In this document: one piece after another, positions 51,158-63,135 of the stretch
Layout: each line of letters starts with the position of its first letter
How positions within the stretch are numbered: position 1 is the first letter of the stretch
Assembly: GCA_951804945.1 (NCBI GenBank)
Contig: OX638155.1
Coordinates: forward strand, 71,176,001-71,240,000
Length of the DNA stretch: 64,000 nucleotides
Origin: Podarcis cretensis
Lineage: Eukaryota
Direction of reading: 5' to 3'
The notes under the pieces: generated by a model
Databases searched by the model: none
The model's input: only the letters and a program-made list of their open reading frames with translations
What the model was told of the DNA's origin: nothing
Position numbers and translations under genes: made by a program

Positions 51158-51346
51158 ATGCCTGGGAAGATGGGTATCTTTGTACTCCTGACTTTGAGCT
51201 TAATCTTAAACTTGACACATGGGCATAGCTTATTCACATGTGAACCCATTACTATCCCAAGATGTTCTGGAATGGCCTACAATATGACATTTTTTCCCAA
51301 TGTGATGGGGCACTATGATCAGCAAACTGCAGCTGCCAGAATGGGG
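51158..51346 (+). CDS. FZD6: Frizzled-6 first coding exon (exon begins 50970); signal peptide and start of the CRD
   Basis: ...[35 protein letters not shown]; donor GGG|GTGAGT; the in-frame ATG at 51170 has a better Kozak context and may be the real start. Confidence 0.93.
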
Positions 51347-51961
51347 GTGAGTTGTTCTTTCTCTACCGTACATGCTATAAATATTTTTTCTGTTATATGT
51401 ACAAATGTGATTCTGTCAGTAAAAAGAATTCTAGGTAAGACATGTTCAATATTACACATTATGAGGAAAAACCTAGTGTTCTGAAACAAGACTTGAAATA
51501 GTTACCAAATGCCTAAAAATCATAGAGAGATGCAGGTACAAACATAACAGTATGGGCATGTGACCAGATTTTAGGGTCTATTCTTACATGGTTTGAGCCT
51601 GAAAATTTACAAAAGAGCTCCTACATCCTGTCTGAATAAATGTATAGAAGATCTTCTGTGTTACCTTTTTAAATCTTCAAAGTGTTTAGTCATCTGAGCT
51701 TCCTGACTGTTTATAGCAGGCGACCTTGTGCTGTATCCCCTCAGGCTACTGGCATCTGCATGCAGTTGGCATAAAAATTCATTGCTGCCCATAAAGTTCT
51801 AAAATATGAAATGCATCTCTTCCACAGATCTGTGTATGCACAGAACTGTGTATAAAAGCATAGGTGTAGTAACTCCTCAAATAAGTTTTGTTCATTATGC
51901 TAAATGAAAGGAGTGTTAAGCTTCTCTGAAGTTTATTCTTGTCTCTAACATACTCCTTCAG

Positions 51962-52158
51962 TTACAGGTAGGTAGCCGTGTTGGTCTGCCATAGTCGAAA
52001 CAAAATTTAAAAATTCCTTCCAGTAGCACCTTAGAGACCAACTAAGTTTGTTATTGGTATGAGCTTTTGTGTGCATGAAGAAGTGTCTGTGCACACGAAA
52101 GCTCATACCAATAACAAACTTAGTTGGTCTCTAAGGTGCTACTGGAAGGAATTTTTTT
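51962..52158. mobile_element. Penelope-like pLTR insertion with inverted duplication
   Basis: 12-bp TSD ATACTCCTTCAG (51950-51961 / 52159-52170); about 67-bp inverted arms; TGAAGA...GAAAGCTC hammerhead-like core. Confidence 0.8.
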
Positions 52159-55100
52159 ATACTCCTTCAGACTAGACATTCACAATTGTCCATGGTGCAA
52201 TTGACCAAACATGCCTGTGAATTAGGGATGTAATCTAATTTTTTAAAAAAGAAACTTAACCATGTGAGTTTGAGTCAATCAATGAATTGTTAGAAGGTGC
52301 ATAAATTTCCATGGGATTTTTTTTCTAAAGAAAAAAGTACTTTAAAAATATGCATATTTTTCAGCAGGCTGTGTCAGAAGAAATTCTTTTTTCTGTCATG
52401 GAAGGCAATACCTTTTTTAAATAGTGGTGATTACTATGTACAATGCTTTCTAGTAATTGTAGTGAACATTACTTACAATTTTGAAACAATGTAGGATGTC
52501 TTTTTCTTTATCTAAATATTTTTAATAGTTTGACTAAGTGCATCTGCCTGCTTGCAGATCCTTTCTCTCTAGGTGGTGCAGCTATAGAGCGTTGGTAATG
52601 GAAAAAGCAGACATCTCTCATGTGATCACCTGCACTCTCCCTCTGCATGGTACAGTGGTGAGGAATGAGCCCAATTGTCCTCACCATTCCACCAGCTTTG
52701 AGAGCATGAGCATGAAGAGACAATAGGGTCAAGGATAGGGCAAGTGATAGTTGCCTCTGAATGCCCAATTATCCTCTCCCTCTAGAAGCCTGTACCTGCT
52801 CATGCGTTCTTCCTTTGGGTGCTGGAGCAGGAAGAATTAGGCCCAGCAAAGCAGCTGATGTTCTTTGGAGGAGCAGTCACCACTTCTGCTTACTGGGCAG
52901 TATTGCGGCAAAAATTGAACCCACACACCCTGCCATCCACAGGGAGAGTGCTGTTTAGCGAGTGGTTGCTCCTTCCATGACTAGAGGTCTCTGCTGCACT
53001 GCCCAGAGAGATGGGTAAGCAAGTTGGCAGAGGCAACTTCTTGAGATTTCTTGCCAAGTGGTACCATGGGCCCAGTCCTCCCTATGTCAGTGTCTATACC
53101 ATGAGCAAGAGAGGTAGTGGGAGCAGCTGCTGCTTTTCTTTTCTTTGCTTGTGGATGGAGGAGGTGTTGAGGGTGGTTTCTGTGGGCTTCCTGGCTAGGA
53201 TGTTCTTCCTCCTTCCTGCGCTTCAGCCTCTGCTACAGAGCAGGGGAAAGGAGAAGAGATTGCTGTTTAGTGTTTGCCAGTTTTAATATGTATGTGTTAG
53301 TGTTTATTTTGAATATTAACATTTATAATAAGTCTCCAAAAGCATTAAACTGTGAATCCCAGGTAGACTTTGGATATTTGGAATAAGAACATGAGTGAGG
53401 GGCACATTGGTATTTTCATCCTTCGCTTCCCCTCCCATTTCACCTGGAAGGAAGATGTGCATTCTTCAACCATCTGTACTGTTGAATCCTTATTCTGATT
53501 TCTGTCAGACGCTTCTAGTTTTGGTGGTATATATTTTGGTGGTGTTTTCTCATATCTAAAGATTTCTAAGCACAAGCAAATATTTGTTTGTGACAGGAAA
53601 GTTAAGGTACCTGTGCAATTAGAAATTGCACTGAAGCATTCCTTATTCTCTTGTAATATAACCGTGACAAGTCAGTGCATGTAGGAATGGAGAACAAAAC
53701 TTGATTCACATTCAGTGTTCTAAAGGATATGTCTTCTAATGTTGCAGTTCTAAGCACACTTTCTTGGAGCATATCCTATTGAAGCTAGAGGCACTTGCTT
53801 CCGAGTAAGCTTGCATGGGACTGTGCTGTAAAACAAGACTAAAACACTAATAAGTAGACAGATTTTTAGCTCTGTATATGAACATCCATCAGAGCTAATG
53901 AACAAAGTGCTAAGTAAGGTAACATTAAGACAAAAACAAAACAAAACTCATGCTAGATGGAAGTCTAAACAGGCTGTGTAAGGAGCCTCAGTGTCACAGT
54001 AAAGTTTTATGAGTGATACAAGTAAAATTCAGTGATGGAACTATTGGAAGGGAGTTTGAAAAAATGTAGAAAACATTGAAACTTTGTAATGCTATTTTAT
54101 ACAACTATGGTGTACCTGCTTTTGGAATACTTTGTATGCTTTTGGTTGGAATTATTAGGGAGAGGATTTGAAAGCAGCAGCAAGTACAGCAATATAAAAA
54201 TATAGTGTACCCACTTTAGAATACTTTGTGCAACTTTTGTGTAGTCCTACAAAAAGAACTTGAAAAGGTACAGAAAATGGTAACTATAGTGATAATGGCA
54301 TGATGATGATGACTCATCCTTTAAAAGTCTTCATGTCTTTAGCCATTCTCTGATTGTGAGCTTTTCCAGGGTATCCACCTGCCACTATTTGAGAAAACAA
54401 CAAAAAGTATTGTAACACCTTAAAGACCAACACATACAGAGAGAGCACATGATGAAAGCATGAAGAAAGGGAAAATTAAACAAGTAGAAGAGTTGATAAC
54501 TGAAATAATAGGTTTAAGCTGTTTTGATCCATAAAGATAATTCTCTGCACCATGCATTGCTACTGTGAAATTGCTATCCTGATAGTCCTCAAAAACTATT
54601 TCTATAATGCTTCTTTGTTTCAGATAGGTTAACTTTGCATCATGCTTTCGGTCAGGCTAAATTGTCATGCATTTAAGCAGTCTTCAACCTCGGCCAGTTT
54701 TATATTGTAATAGCTCAGTGGCATCAGCATACTGGTGATGAAACTGCTTCATCCCAAATCAATGCAGTCCACTTTTAGTTGTGACTAATAGCTCAGTTAT
54801 TGGCTCTGCTTTGCTCCTTCTTTTGAGTGTTTGTTCCTGACTGGAATGTGTCCTTGAGCTCTGATAATGTTTCTTGCCTGCCTGAATAGAAGATAGAGAG
54901 GGGTATGTAGGAATTAGTATACTGTACAAATAAAATATTCATTGTCCATTGCTTTGCCCACTTTTGCCTGTGACCCCTGGAAGGTTTCCCAGAAGGGAAT
55001 GCAGCCCTCCGACCAAAGCCAGCCTGCTCATGAGGTGGGATGAAGTGCCCACTTCAGGTGGCAGAAGCACAAGAGGCAGCCCACAAGAGGCAGCCCACCC

Positions 55101-57233
55101 CACTGATTCCACCATCGCCAGAATACCCTCCCCTCTTGCCAGTGAGCGGGGGGCATTCCAGCATGTGGTGTTGCACCTTGTCTTCCCTATTTCTAGGCAG
55201 AGAAGCCAAGCAGCAACTCTTTGTGGAATTGCTCCGGCAGTGGTGGGGGGTGCAGCGACAGAAGTGGTGAGAGGGTGTGGGGCGGTAGTGGAGCACATGG
55301 CAGCAATTCCCATTTTGCCTTAGGATGGTAATGAAATGGGAGGGGCTGCTCTTCTGACTGAAAGTTTCCTCATCCCTGTATTATAGCAAGATAAGATGCT
55401 AGTGCAAGCAGCCTGTATGCTCACTTGATATGGAGGAAAAAATGACTTCTTGCACCTTTTGGGGGTGTTTTTCTTTATGAATCTGAGGATGCTTCTCAAG
55501 AAAAATAAAAAGTTCTAAGCTTTTGTATTTGCACAAGTAGGGGATAGCTCTTTTCACATGTATCCCATCAAATTGCAGTTCAGTATGCCATCTGATAACT
55601 AGATTGAAAATGGTTTAGATCTGAGTTCCTACTTGGAAGTCAGTGTTCAGAGCCATGACCATGAGTATTATAAACTCTAAAACCACTGCTAATGGTGCCT
55701 CATAACTCACACCCAAGTGACTCTCCTCAGTTACTCATAAATCTGTACTTAGCGGTTCTCTCTGACCAAATGAATTTCTAACTTAGTTGCAAGTAGGGAG
55801 AATAAATTATCACTTGAAGTTAAGGATTGATGTGCTATCCCATCAGTTTGCTAAGATAACTGCAAATGCATTTTAATGTATCAACTGAACATTGCTGTCT
55901 GCTTTACATAACTGAATCTTAACGATGGAGATGAATTTTTAAAAATTAGTTCTGGGTATAGAAAGTAGCTGATGGGCAGCCTTGTGTGAGTCGCATTTCT
56001 CAACAATAGTTCCCAGTCTGGGAATGAGATCTCCTGCTCGGATTTGTTGAGAAGGTGAAAATATTACGGATTTTAAATATATGTGCTATGCCAGGAAGTC
56101 TTTGGTATTCATTTTTTTATCAATATTTTATATAATTTCCTTACCGAAAAAGAGAACCTAATAATTTTATTTTCCAGGAAAACAACAACTCCCTTTCAAT
56201 TGTCAGTTCTAATACAAGCTGCTTTGGGATTATAAAGCTGTAATTCATGTCATGGACATAGTTTAATAGCCACAGTGACAAATAAAGGCCTTGTTTTAAA
56301 ATCATAGATAAAAATGCAAACCAGATATGACCCACCTAAAATCCTATGGCATACTGTTCTATTTCTTTATTTCAGAAGTTGCCACTTCCATGTTTAGAGA
56401 TATTATTGGTAGATGTACAGGTGTACTTTTTCTTTCTGTATAAGGTTGGTGGGTGAGAGAAGGAACCAGTGGGGTTGGAGACTGCAACACTCTTGTCAAA
56501 ATTCTAAATGTTCCCATGGCCCCTGTGTTCATTGTATGCATGGAGTTATCCCAACCTTGCAAGAAACTTGTGACTCTGCCCAAAGTTGCACTCTCTTCAG
56601 TCTGAGCGGGGATATGGACTCGGCTCTCCCTGGTCAAAGTCGAGTGCTCCAGCTGCTCTGAATCTTGAAACTTCTCTTGGGACATGGTCCATTAAATTTA
56701 AACTATAACTAGCAGTCTGTATGGGCAGTATTGTCACAGTTGCTTAACAAGCCGCTTAATTAGGCAATGTGTTACATGCTTACTAGAAAGTTGAATTGCA
56801 ATGCAGAATGATGTCCCCTAACTTAAGTTGTAGAGGTTTGAAAAGCTAGCTTGGAAGTCAGGCTTGCTTTATGTGAAGTAATGCATATACATAGGTTAGA
56901 CAGGGATAACACATGTGATTGAGAGAAAAGCTATTTTTAAACATCATTCTTTCCTTTTGGAGAAAGTGAATGATGCTGTGCCTCCAGTTCACGCAAATGT
57001 GACTTGTCTTGCTGAATGTGTGTAGCTTCCAAGTCCAGTGTTTTAACTTTAATACATTAGACCAGGGGTTGCTAATGCTTTTGGTCCTGTGGGTGCAGGT
57101 AGACTTCTGAGAAAAGGTTGTGGGCACCAGTCACACTTCCTCTCACCCTTTGTAAGAATTGAAAGGTGCACTATCTGCCTAGCCAAGAGATTATCCCCGC
57201 CTATCCATGCACATGCATGCAGCACAGACACAC

Positions 57234-57234
<1 letters not shown>

Positions 57235-57263
<29 letters not shown>
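57235..57263. repeat. (TACA)n microsatellite
   Basis: Direct reading. Confidence 0.9.
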
Positions 57264-57265
<2 letters not shown>

Positions 57266-59714
57266 GTTTACACACATGTGGTGCATCTGCGCACATACAC
57301 TGTCCCTCAGCCAAGCAGTTAGACTTGAAAAGGGTTAATTTCCCCCCAAGCCTAATTAAGGGTGAGTGTGATATTTCTGGAGAGTGCAGCTAGGGAGGGA
57401 AGTTCCAAGGCCATATTGTTCAGCTTTCTCCCCAGCTGCAGCTGACAGGAAGACCACCCCTCCTCCATGCCACAGCAATTGTAGCATAGGGAGCATTTTT
57501 TTATGGCGCACAGCTTTGAAGGGTTTTTCTCGCCTTGCTGTGGAACACCACTCATCACCCCTGCCAAAGCGCTTAGGCTTGAAAAAGCCTTCTATGGGCT
57601 ACCACAGATGGATTTTTGAAGCCTAATTTCAGCAGGAGGGTGGGGATACTCCTGTTGCCAGATTGGGAGGTGTCAAGGTCCTCTTATGGACACTAGGGGT
57701 GGCCTTGGTGTGTGCAGTGCCTGTGCGCACAACTTTCTAGTTGCAGTGGCTGATGTAAGTAGACTGACATATTTTATATTCCACCCAGAAACCCATACTG
57801 CTGTCTTGGATCCAGTAATTTTGCTGGTGACTTATTGGTATGGTTTGGTGCCGAGTTGCCAGACTGTAGTTTGGTAATGATGAGCACGTCATAGGCTTGC
57901 CTACTCCTCTTCCTTTGCCCTTCCTAATTAGCTTTAATTGAGGTCAGTGTTACATCTAAGTGGCATGATTGCATTACCACTAATCATAGTTGGCTTGTAA
58001 CCAGAGACAAGGACTTGAGGTGCTGACCTAGAGAGGGTGAGAGCCAAAAGGGAAGGGGAAGAACGCTCCTGAATGTTCAGTTACAAAACCATGGTTTGAC
58101 AATGAAACTTTAATGGACTCTAGCCTAAGGCAAGTAATTGCTTTGTCTGTCACTCATATGGCCTCCCTGGCATTTGATTGGAATCTTTCAACTGATTTCA
58201 CTTGCATTAAACCCAGAGAAACACCTTCACAGTTCTAAGATCACAAGGCAGTTGCATCTGTGAATATGCAGTGTATAAATGTTGAAAGCTGCAATAATTA
58301 CATCATCTTGATCCTGATAGTGTGGTGTAAATGTAGGGGATAATTTGCTGGTTTTAGCCAGGAGAAGTTTGGATTCAAATCCATACATATACATGAAGCT
58401 CTTTGGGTGGTCTTGAGCATGTTTGTGGACTTAATTAGATAAACTTTGTTAGGTACAAAACCAAATTTTCAGTAGCACCAAGGGCTACTGGGGAAAAGAT
58501 AAGCTACTTGTCCTAAGATAAGTGGGGGTCAGATTGGAACCTAAATTAAGTTATTGCAATGGTTATTGATTGCCTCAGGCCTTGCTGCTGAGGCAGTGTA
58601 CAGTCTACAGCGCAGTGTGGTTTAAACATTTATACCTGATAATACATGTATGCTCCCCCATCTTACCCAAAATGAAATTGGCTTCTCTGCATCCCATGAT
58701 GAATTCTGTTATCAAGAAACCATGAAAAAAGTAGAAGGTATACTCTTACATTCAGTCATGTACTTTTCTCCTGGGATTGTACTTGGGAGAAATTGGGAGC
58801 AGGCCATAATCTACATATTCCCATTCTCTCCTCTTTCCTGCAGCGAACAGTAATTTGAACACCAAATTTCCCCAGACCTTGAGAGACAAAACCCTCTTTA
58901 AATGCTTAAGAAACAATTCTTAATTTCCTGAAGAGGAATGATCTCAGTTATTGTGCATTCCACCACCCTCTCCATGCTAACAATTCAACTAGAGAATGTG
59001 TTTTCCTCTGCTCTTGTTGTTGATGGTTGTTGGGAAACGTGGACTTCCCACGTTTATGGAAAGTTTCCAGTTGGTCTATTTAATGTATACGAACAGTAAA
59101 GGGAAAATATGTCTATTTATATATCTTCCAGATGGCCACTGAAAATAATAAGCAAAATAAAATTATTTCATTTAGGTAAGTATAGAACCTGGTACTTTGG
59201 AAAGCGTCATCTGTCACTTTTAACAACTAGCAGAAGGAAATTACCGAATGCAAAGTGAGCAATAGGGCTCTGGATATTTAATTAAACATGTAACATGGTT
59301 ACAAGAAACAAAATATGATGTGACTACTATAGGGTTCACAGTAGAAACCTGGAATTTATTACAGTGGCAGCAGCTACATTTCCTCATCCAACTGTTGCTG
59401 TCAGGTGTGGTTGTGTGTATATAAATACATATACACTTATTTCTCATTATCTTCCCACCCCCTACAAGGGATTCATTAACCTTCGTTTGATGCCTGCTAA
59501 AAATATTCTTGTTTAAACAAACCTACACAGATGCTTAGAAAGTTGAAGTAATTTTAATCTGTTTTAATATTTTAAGTTTTGTATGTGTTAAAGTAAGGTT
59601 GTATTCTTTTTTCTTGTTTTTTGTTTTATCTTGTAAACTACTTTGAAGGTGTTTTTTACAATCAAACAGTGCCTAAATTTTATGAAATAAATAAAATAAA
59701 CAGATGAAGTCATT

Positions 59715-60164
59715 GAATTTAATTTTTGAATTGAATTTACTTTATTACAGTCACAGACCAGCATAAGCAAAACATCTAAATAAATAGCATAACATTGTGA
59801 GTCTAAGTGGATAATTGTTAAATAAATGGGAGCAAGAACCAAATGTAGATTAAAACATATACATAGAATATTTAATTAAGCATAAATAATGGATGAGTAA
59901 AATCTGATCATAAAAATTAAAAAAGACCAGTTAAAACAGCTATATGGGGTGGGGTTCAGAAGTGCGGATCTAACAATATGGGCCTTCAATTTAGGACTGA
60001 ATTGTAGCATAGGCCATCCTTCGATGAATATCTATCATGGCAGCGCAAGATCTGGCGATTGAATATGTGACTTCTGGGCTTTCATCCAATAGGGAAATGT
60101 TGTGTTGTTCTGAACACCCAGGGGACTTATATAAGATGGGTTGGATAAACCTAGTTTGAATGTC
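59715..60164 (-). mobile_element. 5'-truncated LINE 3' end (RTEX-like, clade tentative)
   Basis: Minus-strand ORF remnant DIQTRFIQPILY...LLDESPEVTYSIARSCAAMIDIHRR..*; AATAAA and (ATTCA)n-like tail; TSD GATGAAGTCATT. Confidence 0.6.
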
Positions 60165-60198
60165 TACTTACCTGGCAGGGGAGACACCTTGATCATGA
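60165..60198 (+). pseudogene. U1 snRNA 5' fragment (about nt 2-35), retrocopy
   Basis: TACTTACCTGGCAGGGGAGACACCTTGATCATGA vs recalled human U1 ATACTTACCTGGCAGGGGAGATACCATGATCACGA (3 mismatches); rest of U1 absent. Confidence 0.9.
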
Positions 60199-60329
60199 TG
60201 AAGTCATTCTGTGCATACATTCCTTAAATAGTGAGTCTATATATGCCTATAGCATGAAACTCTCAAAAGCCTTTTGGTGCTGAATTTCTTGCTCTGTGGG
60301 CTTGCTTTTTTGGTCAAGCTTTTATTATT

Positions 60330-60870
60330 TCATTTTATAATGCATATATAGCAAAGAGAACAATTATAACAACAGTTGAAAACTAAAAGATGAAAAACAA
60401 AACCATAAAATAGGCATGAGTACAGTTGCTCATCGGTTAAAATAACAAAGTCCAGGTAAAGACTATCAACGTTGTCAGATTATCAAGTGTAGTTCTAGAT
60501 TTACCAAATCTTTATCATAGAGGTTTGTCTTGGAAATAATGGTTCTTATATGCTAAATCATATAAAAAGTGTCTGGAGGTTATAGTCCTTGTTGAAATCT
60601 CAAATTATGCATGGTTTTACCCCACTATACATATATTCCAGAGGTGAGTGGTACCAAGCGTCCAGTGTAAGATTTTGGGCTGTTTTACGTGGAGCTGCAA
60701 TGACTGTTCTTGCTGCCAAGATCGTATATAAGACCAATTCTTTTTGACAATATATTTACATTGGTTTCATCAAAAATATTCAGTAACATTAATTTTGGAC
60801 AAGAAACAATTGTTTCTTTAGTAATGTTGATCATTTCTGTCAAAAGTAAATTCCAGAAATATTTCACAGT
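60330..60870 (-). mobile_element. Degenerate L1-clade LINE 3' fragment (homologous copy near 310-410)
   Basis: Minus peptide KYFWNLLLTEMINIT...CPKLMLLNIF...AARTVIAA; 3' region shares GGTTAAAATAACAAA..TCCA.GTAAAGACT...CAGATTATCAAGT.TAGTTC with 310-410. Confidence 0.6.
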
Positions 60871-61395
60871 CTATGGGCTTTTAGTAGCTGTTGCAGTGGG
60901 CTTCCATGGTTCTCCCTGGAGCCAACTGCTTCCTGATGTTTTAAAAAGTTTTATGTTGACCATGTTAAAGATAGATGAGAGTTGCATGAATCTAACTGGA
61001 AAGAAATTGCAAGATGCAAATGTCCAAATTCAATGTTTTGTAGTCACATCGTTCAGTTTGGTGCATGCTCCTTTTTTTATACTTCCAAACTTACTTTTCC
61101 TCTGCTCAGCAAGATGCTCTAGGAATCTGGCATTGCCTTGAAGACTGTGTTTCCCTATGCAGGGCAACAGCAGCAGTAGGAGAGATGGGGAAATGTGAAA
61201 CATGGCTATTGGCAAAGGCAGATGAGAGAAGATGAGCTGGAGTGCCCTCAACCTCCATTTAAACACTTGTTCCACTTCTGAAATCTCATGATTTACTAAT
61301 CAATTGTAACTCAAGTTCTGTAACAAGACAGTGTCAGTTTTACAAGAAAACTTTGTAGATGTGCTAATCAAAGTACCATTTTCCCTCTCCCAAAG

Positions 61396-61592
61396 GATTT
61401 CCTTCCTCTTCTGAATGTCCAGTGCTCACCAGATATTCATGCATTTCTTTGCAAAGCATTTGTGCCTGCCTGTTTGGATCAATCGCGTGTGATTCACCCA
61501 TGCCGAAGTCTCTGTGAAAGAGTGTACTCTGACTGTAAACAAGTGATAAACACTTTTGGAATTAATTGGAACGAGGAGCTTGAATGCAGCAG
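61396..61592 (+). CDS. FZD6: FZD6 coding exon (cysteine-rich domain)
   Basis: AAG|GAT...AG|GTACAG, 197 nt; DFLPLLNVQCSPDIHAFLCKAFVPAC...PCRSLCERVYSDCKQVINTFGINWNEELECSR. Confidence 0.95.
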
Positions 61593-62384
61593 GTACAGTG
61601 TTTTTAATTCTCTTTATTTCCAATGGATTTTACTCTGGCCTAAGACAAAGTCCTAGTCCATACATTCATGCAATAAACTTCTCTTTGTTTGTTACATATC
61701 AGCTTGTGTGCCTCCTCTACACAGATGATCTTCTGTATAAATGGGTGCTCTTGGTTGCAATCAATTTATGTGATGACACCCATCACCCCAAATGCATGCA
61801 GTTCTTCCATTCCCCTCCTTTTTTTGAGGCAGAACAGTTGTGAATTGTACTTCCCAGGATTATTTGTGATGAGAAGAGTGTGTCTGCTCTTTCGAGGGGA
61901 GAGGAGCACTGCCAGGTTTATGCATATGCTTGGACCAAGTGTATATCTGATGAAGTGAATAAGCAAATTTGCTTTGCATATATATTTCAACCTAGACTGT
62001 TCAACTTTTCCATTCTCTTCTGTACAAGCTCTTTAGTGCTTTGGATTCTTGCTCATCCATATAGGAAACAGAGATCATTACAGGACTAGTGTGCATGGTA
62101 GTTGGTAAACAGCAGTTGAGGTGAGGAAGACTCTGAAGAATTAGGAAAAACTCATACCTTGAGCCCCCATCTCCTCAAAGACGAAGCACTTTGGAAGGAG
62201 AACTTTATTGTTGCCTTTTCTTCTGCCATGGTCATAAAGCACATAATATGATATCTCCTATAAAGGACAACATGTTAATTTGGAGGCCACTTTATTTCAA
62301 AAGCATTTATAAATAGCTTTAATACTTTTTAAAAAATCTATGTGTTATACAACATATAAAGCAATGGAAGCAGTGGCCAGTCAT

Positions 62385-62520
62385 GCCTGGGTAGCTCAGT
62401 TGATTAAAGCATGGTGCTGATGCCAAGGTCTGATCCCCGTATGGGACAGCTGCATATTTACAGGAGGCTGGACTGGATGGTTCTCATGGTCCCTTACTTC
62501 TCTACAATTCTATGATTTTA
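62385..62520 (+). mobile_element. tRNA-head / CR1-tail SINE (Squam2-like), degenerate
   Basis: GGTAGCTCAGTTG head and ATTCTATGATT CR1-type tail. Confidence 0.55.
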
Positions 62521-63135
62521 TGGCTGCATCTCTCAGGCAAGTGTTTGGCCTCAGCTATACTTGCTTTGGAAAACTCTTACAATGACCACTCCAGTTCACT
62601 CTTCCTGGAGCTGCCTTGAAAGATGGTGGAAGAATGCTGTGGGTTGCCTCTTGACTGGCACAGGCCACAGCTATTTTAGCATACCTGTACTGGCTTTCTG
62701 TTAGCTTCTAGGCCCTGTACAAAGTGCTAATGAAAACTATTAAAAAACCTGCCTGGTCTGGGCTCTGCATAGACAAGCATTTCCTCTCATATGTACCTCC
62801 CTGCTCCCTCAGATCTGTGGGCATGCACTGCTTCAAAGGGCACTTTTGTCCAGGGCTTTAATCCCTGCCAAATCAGCAAACAGGGACTGAATCCTACTGC
62901 CTTGGCTGCGCAATCTTGGAGCCCCTGATGGAGCAAGATTGGCCTGCAAGCTGGAGGCTCCTCGCCCTTGTAATTGAGGTTACCGGTATGTTTCCTTAAA
63001 AAAATATATCGTTTTTATTCTTTGCGATCCCAGTCCCAGTCTAGTTTGATAACCAAGCATCTGAAGTATGTGCTCTGAGCCTCTAGGCAAATAGCACTGA
63101 GTGGTCCCTCTACATTTTCTCTCTTTCCTTTCTAG

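Noticed and set aside
54939-55323. Paired 124-aa ORFs on opposite strands in FZD6 intron 2
   Set aside because: GC-rich, probably DNA-transposon-derived patch; non-ATG start on the + strand, no splice or domain support.
60165-60198. Functional U1 snRNA gene
   Set aside because: Only about 34 nt present; no Sm site, later stem-loops or 3' box, and it sits inside a retrotransposition TSD.
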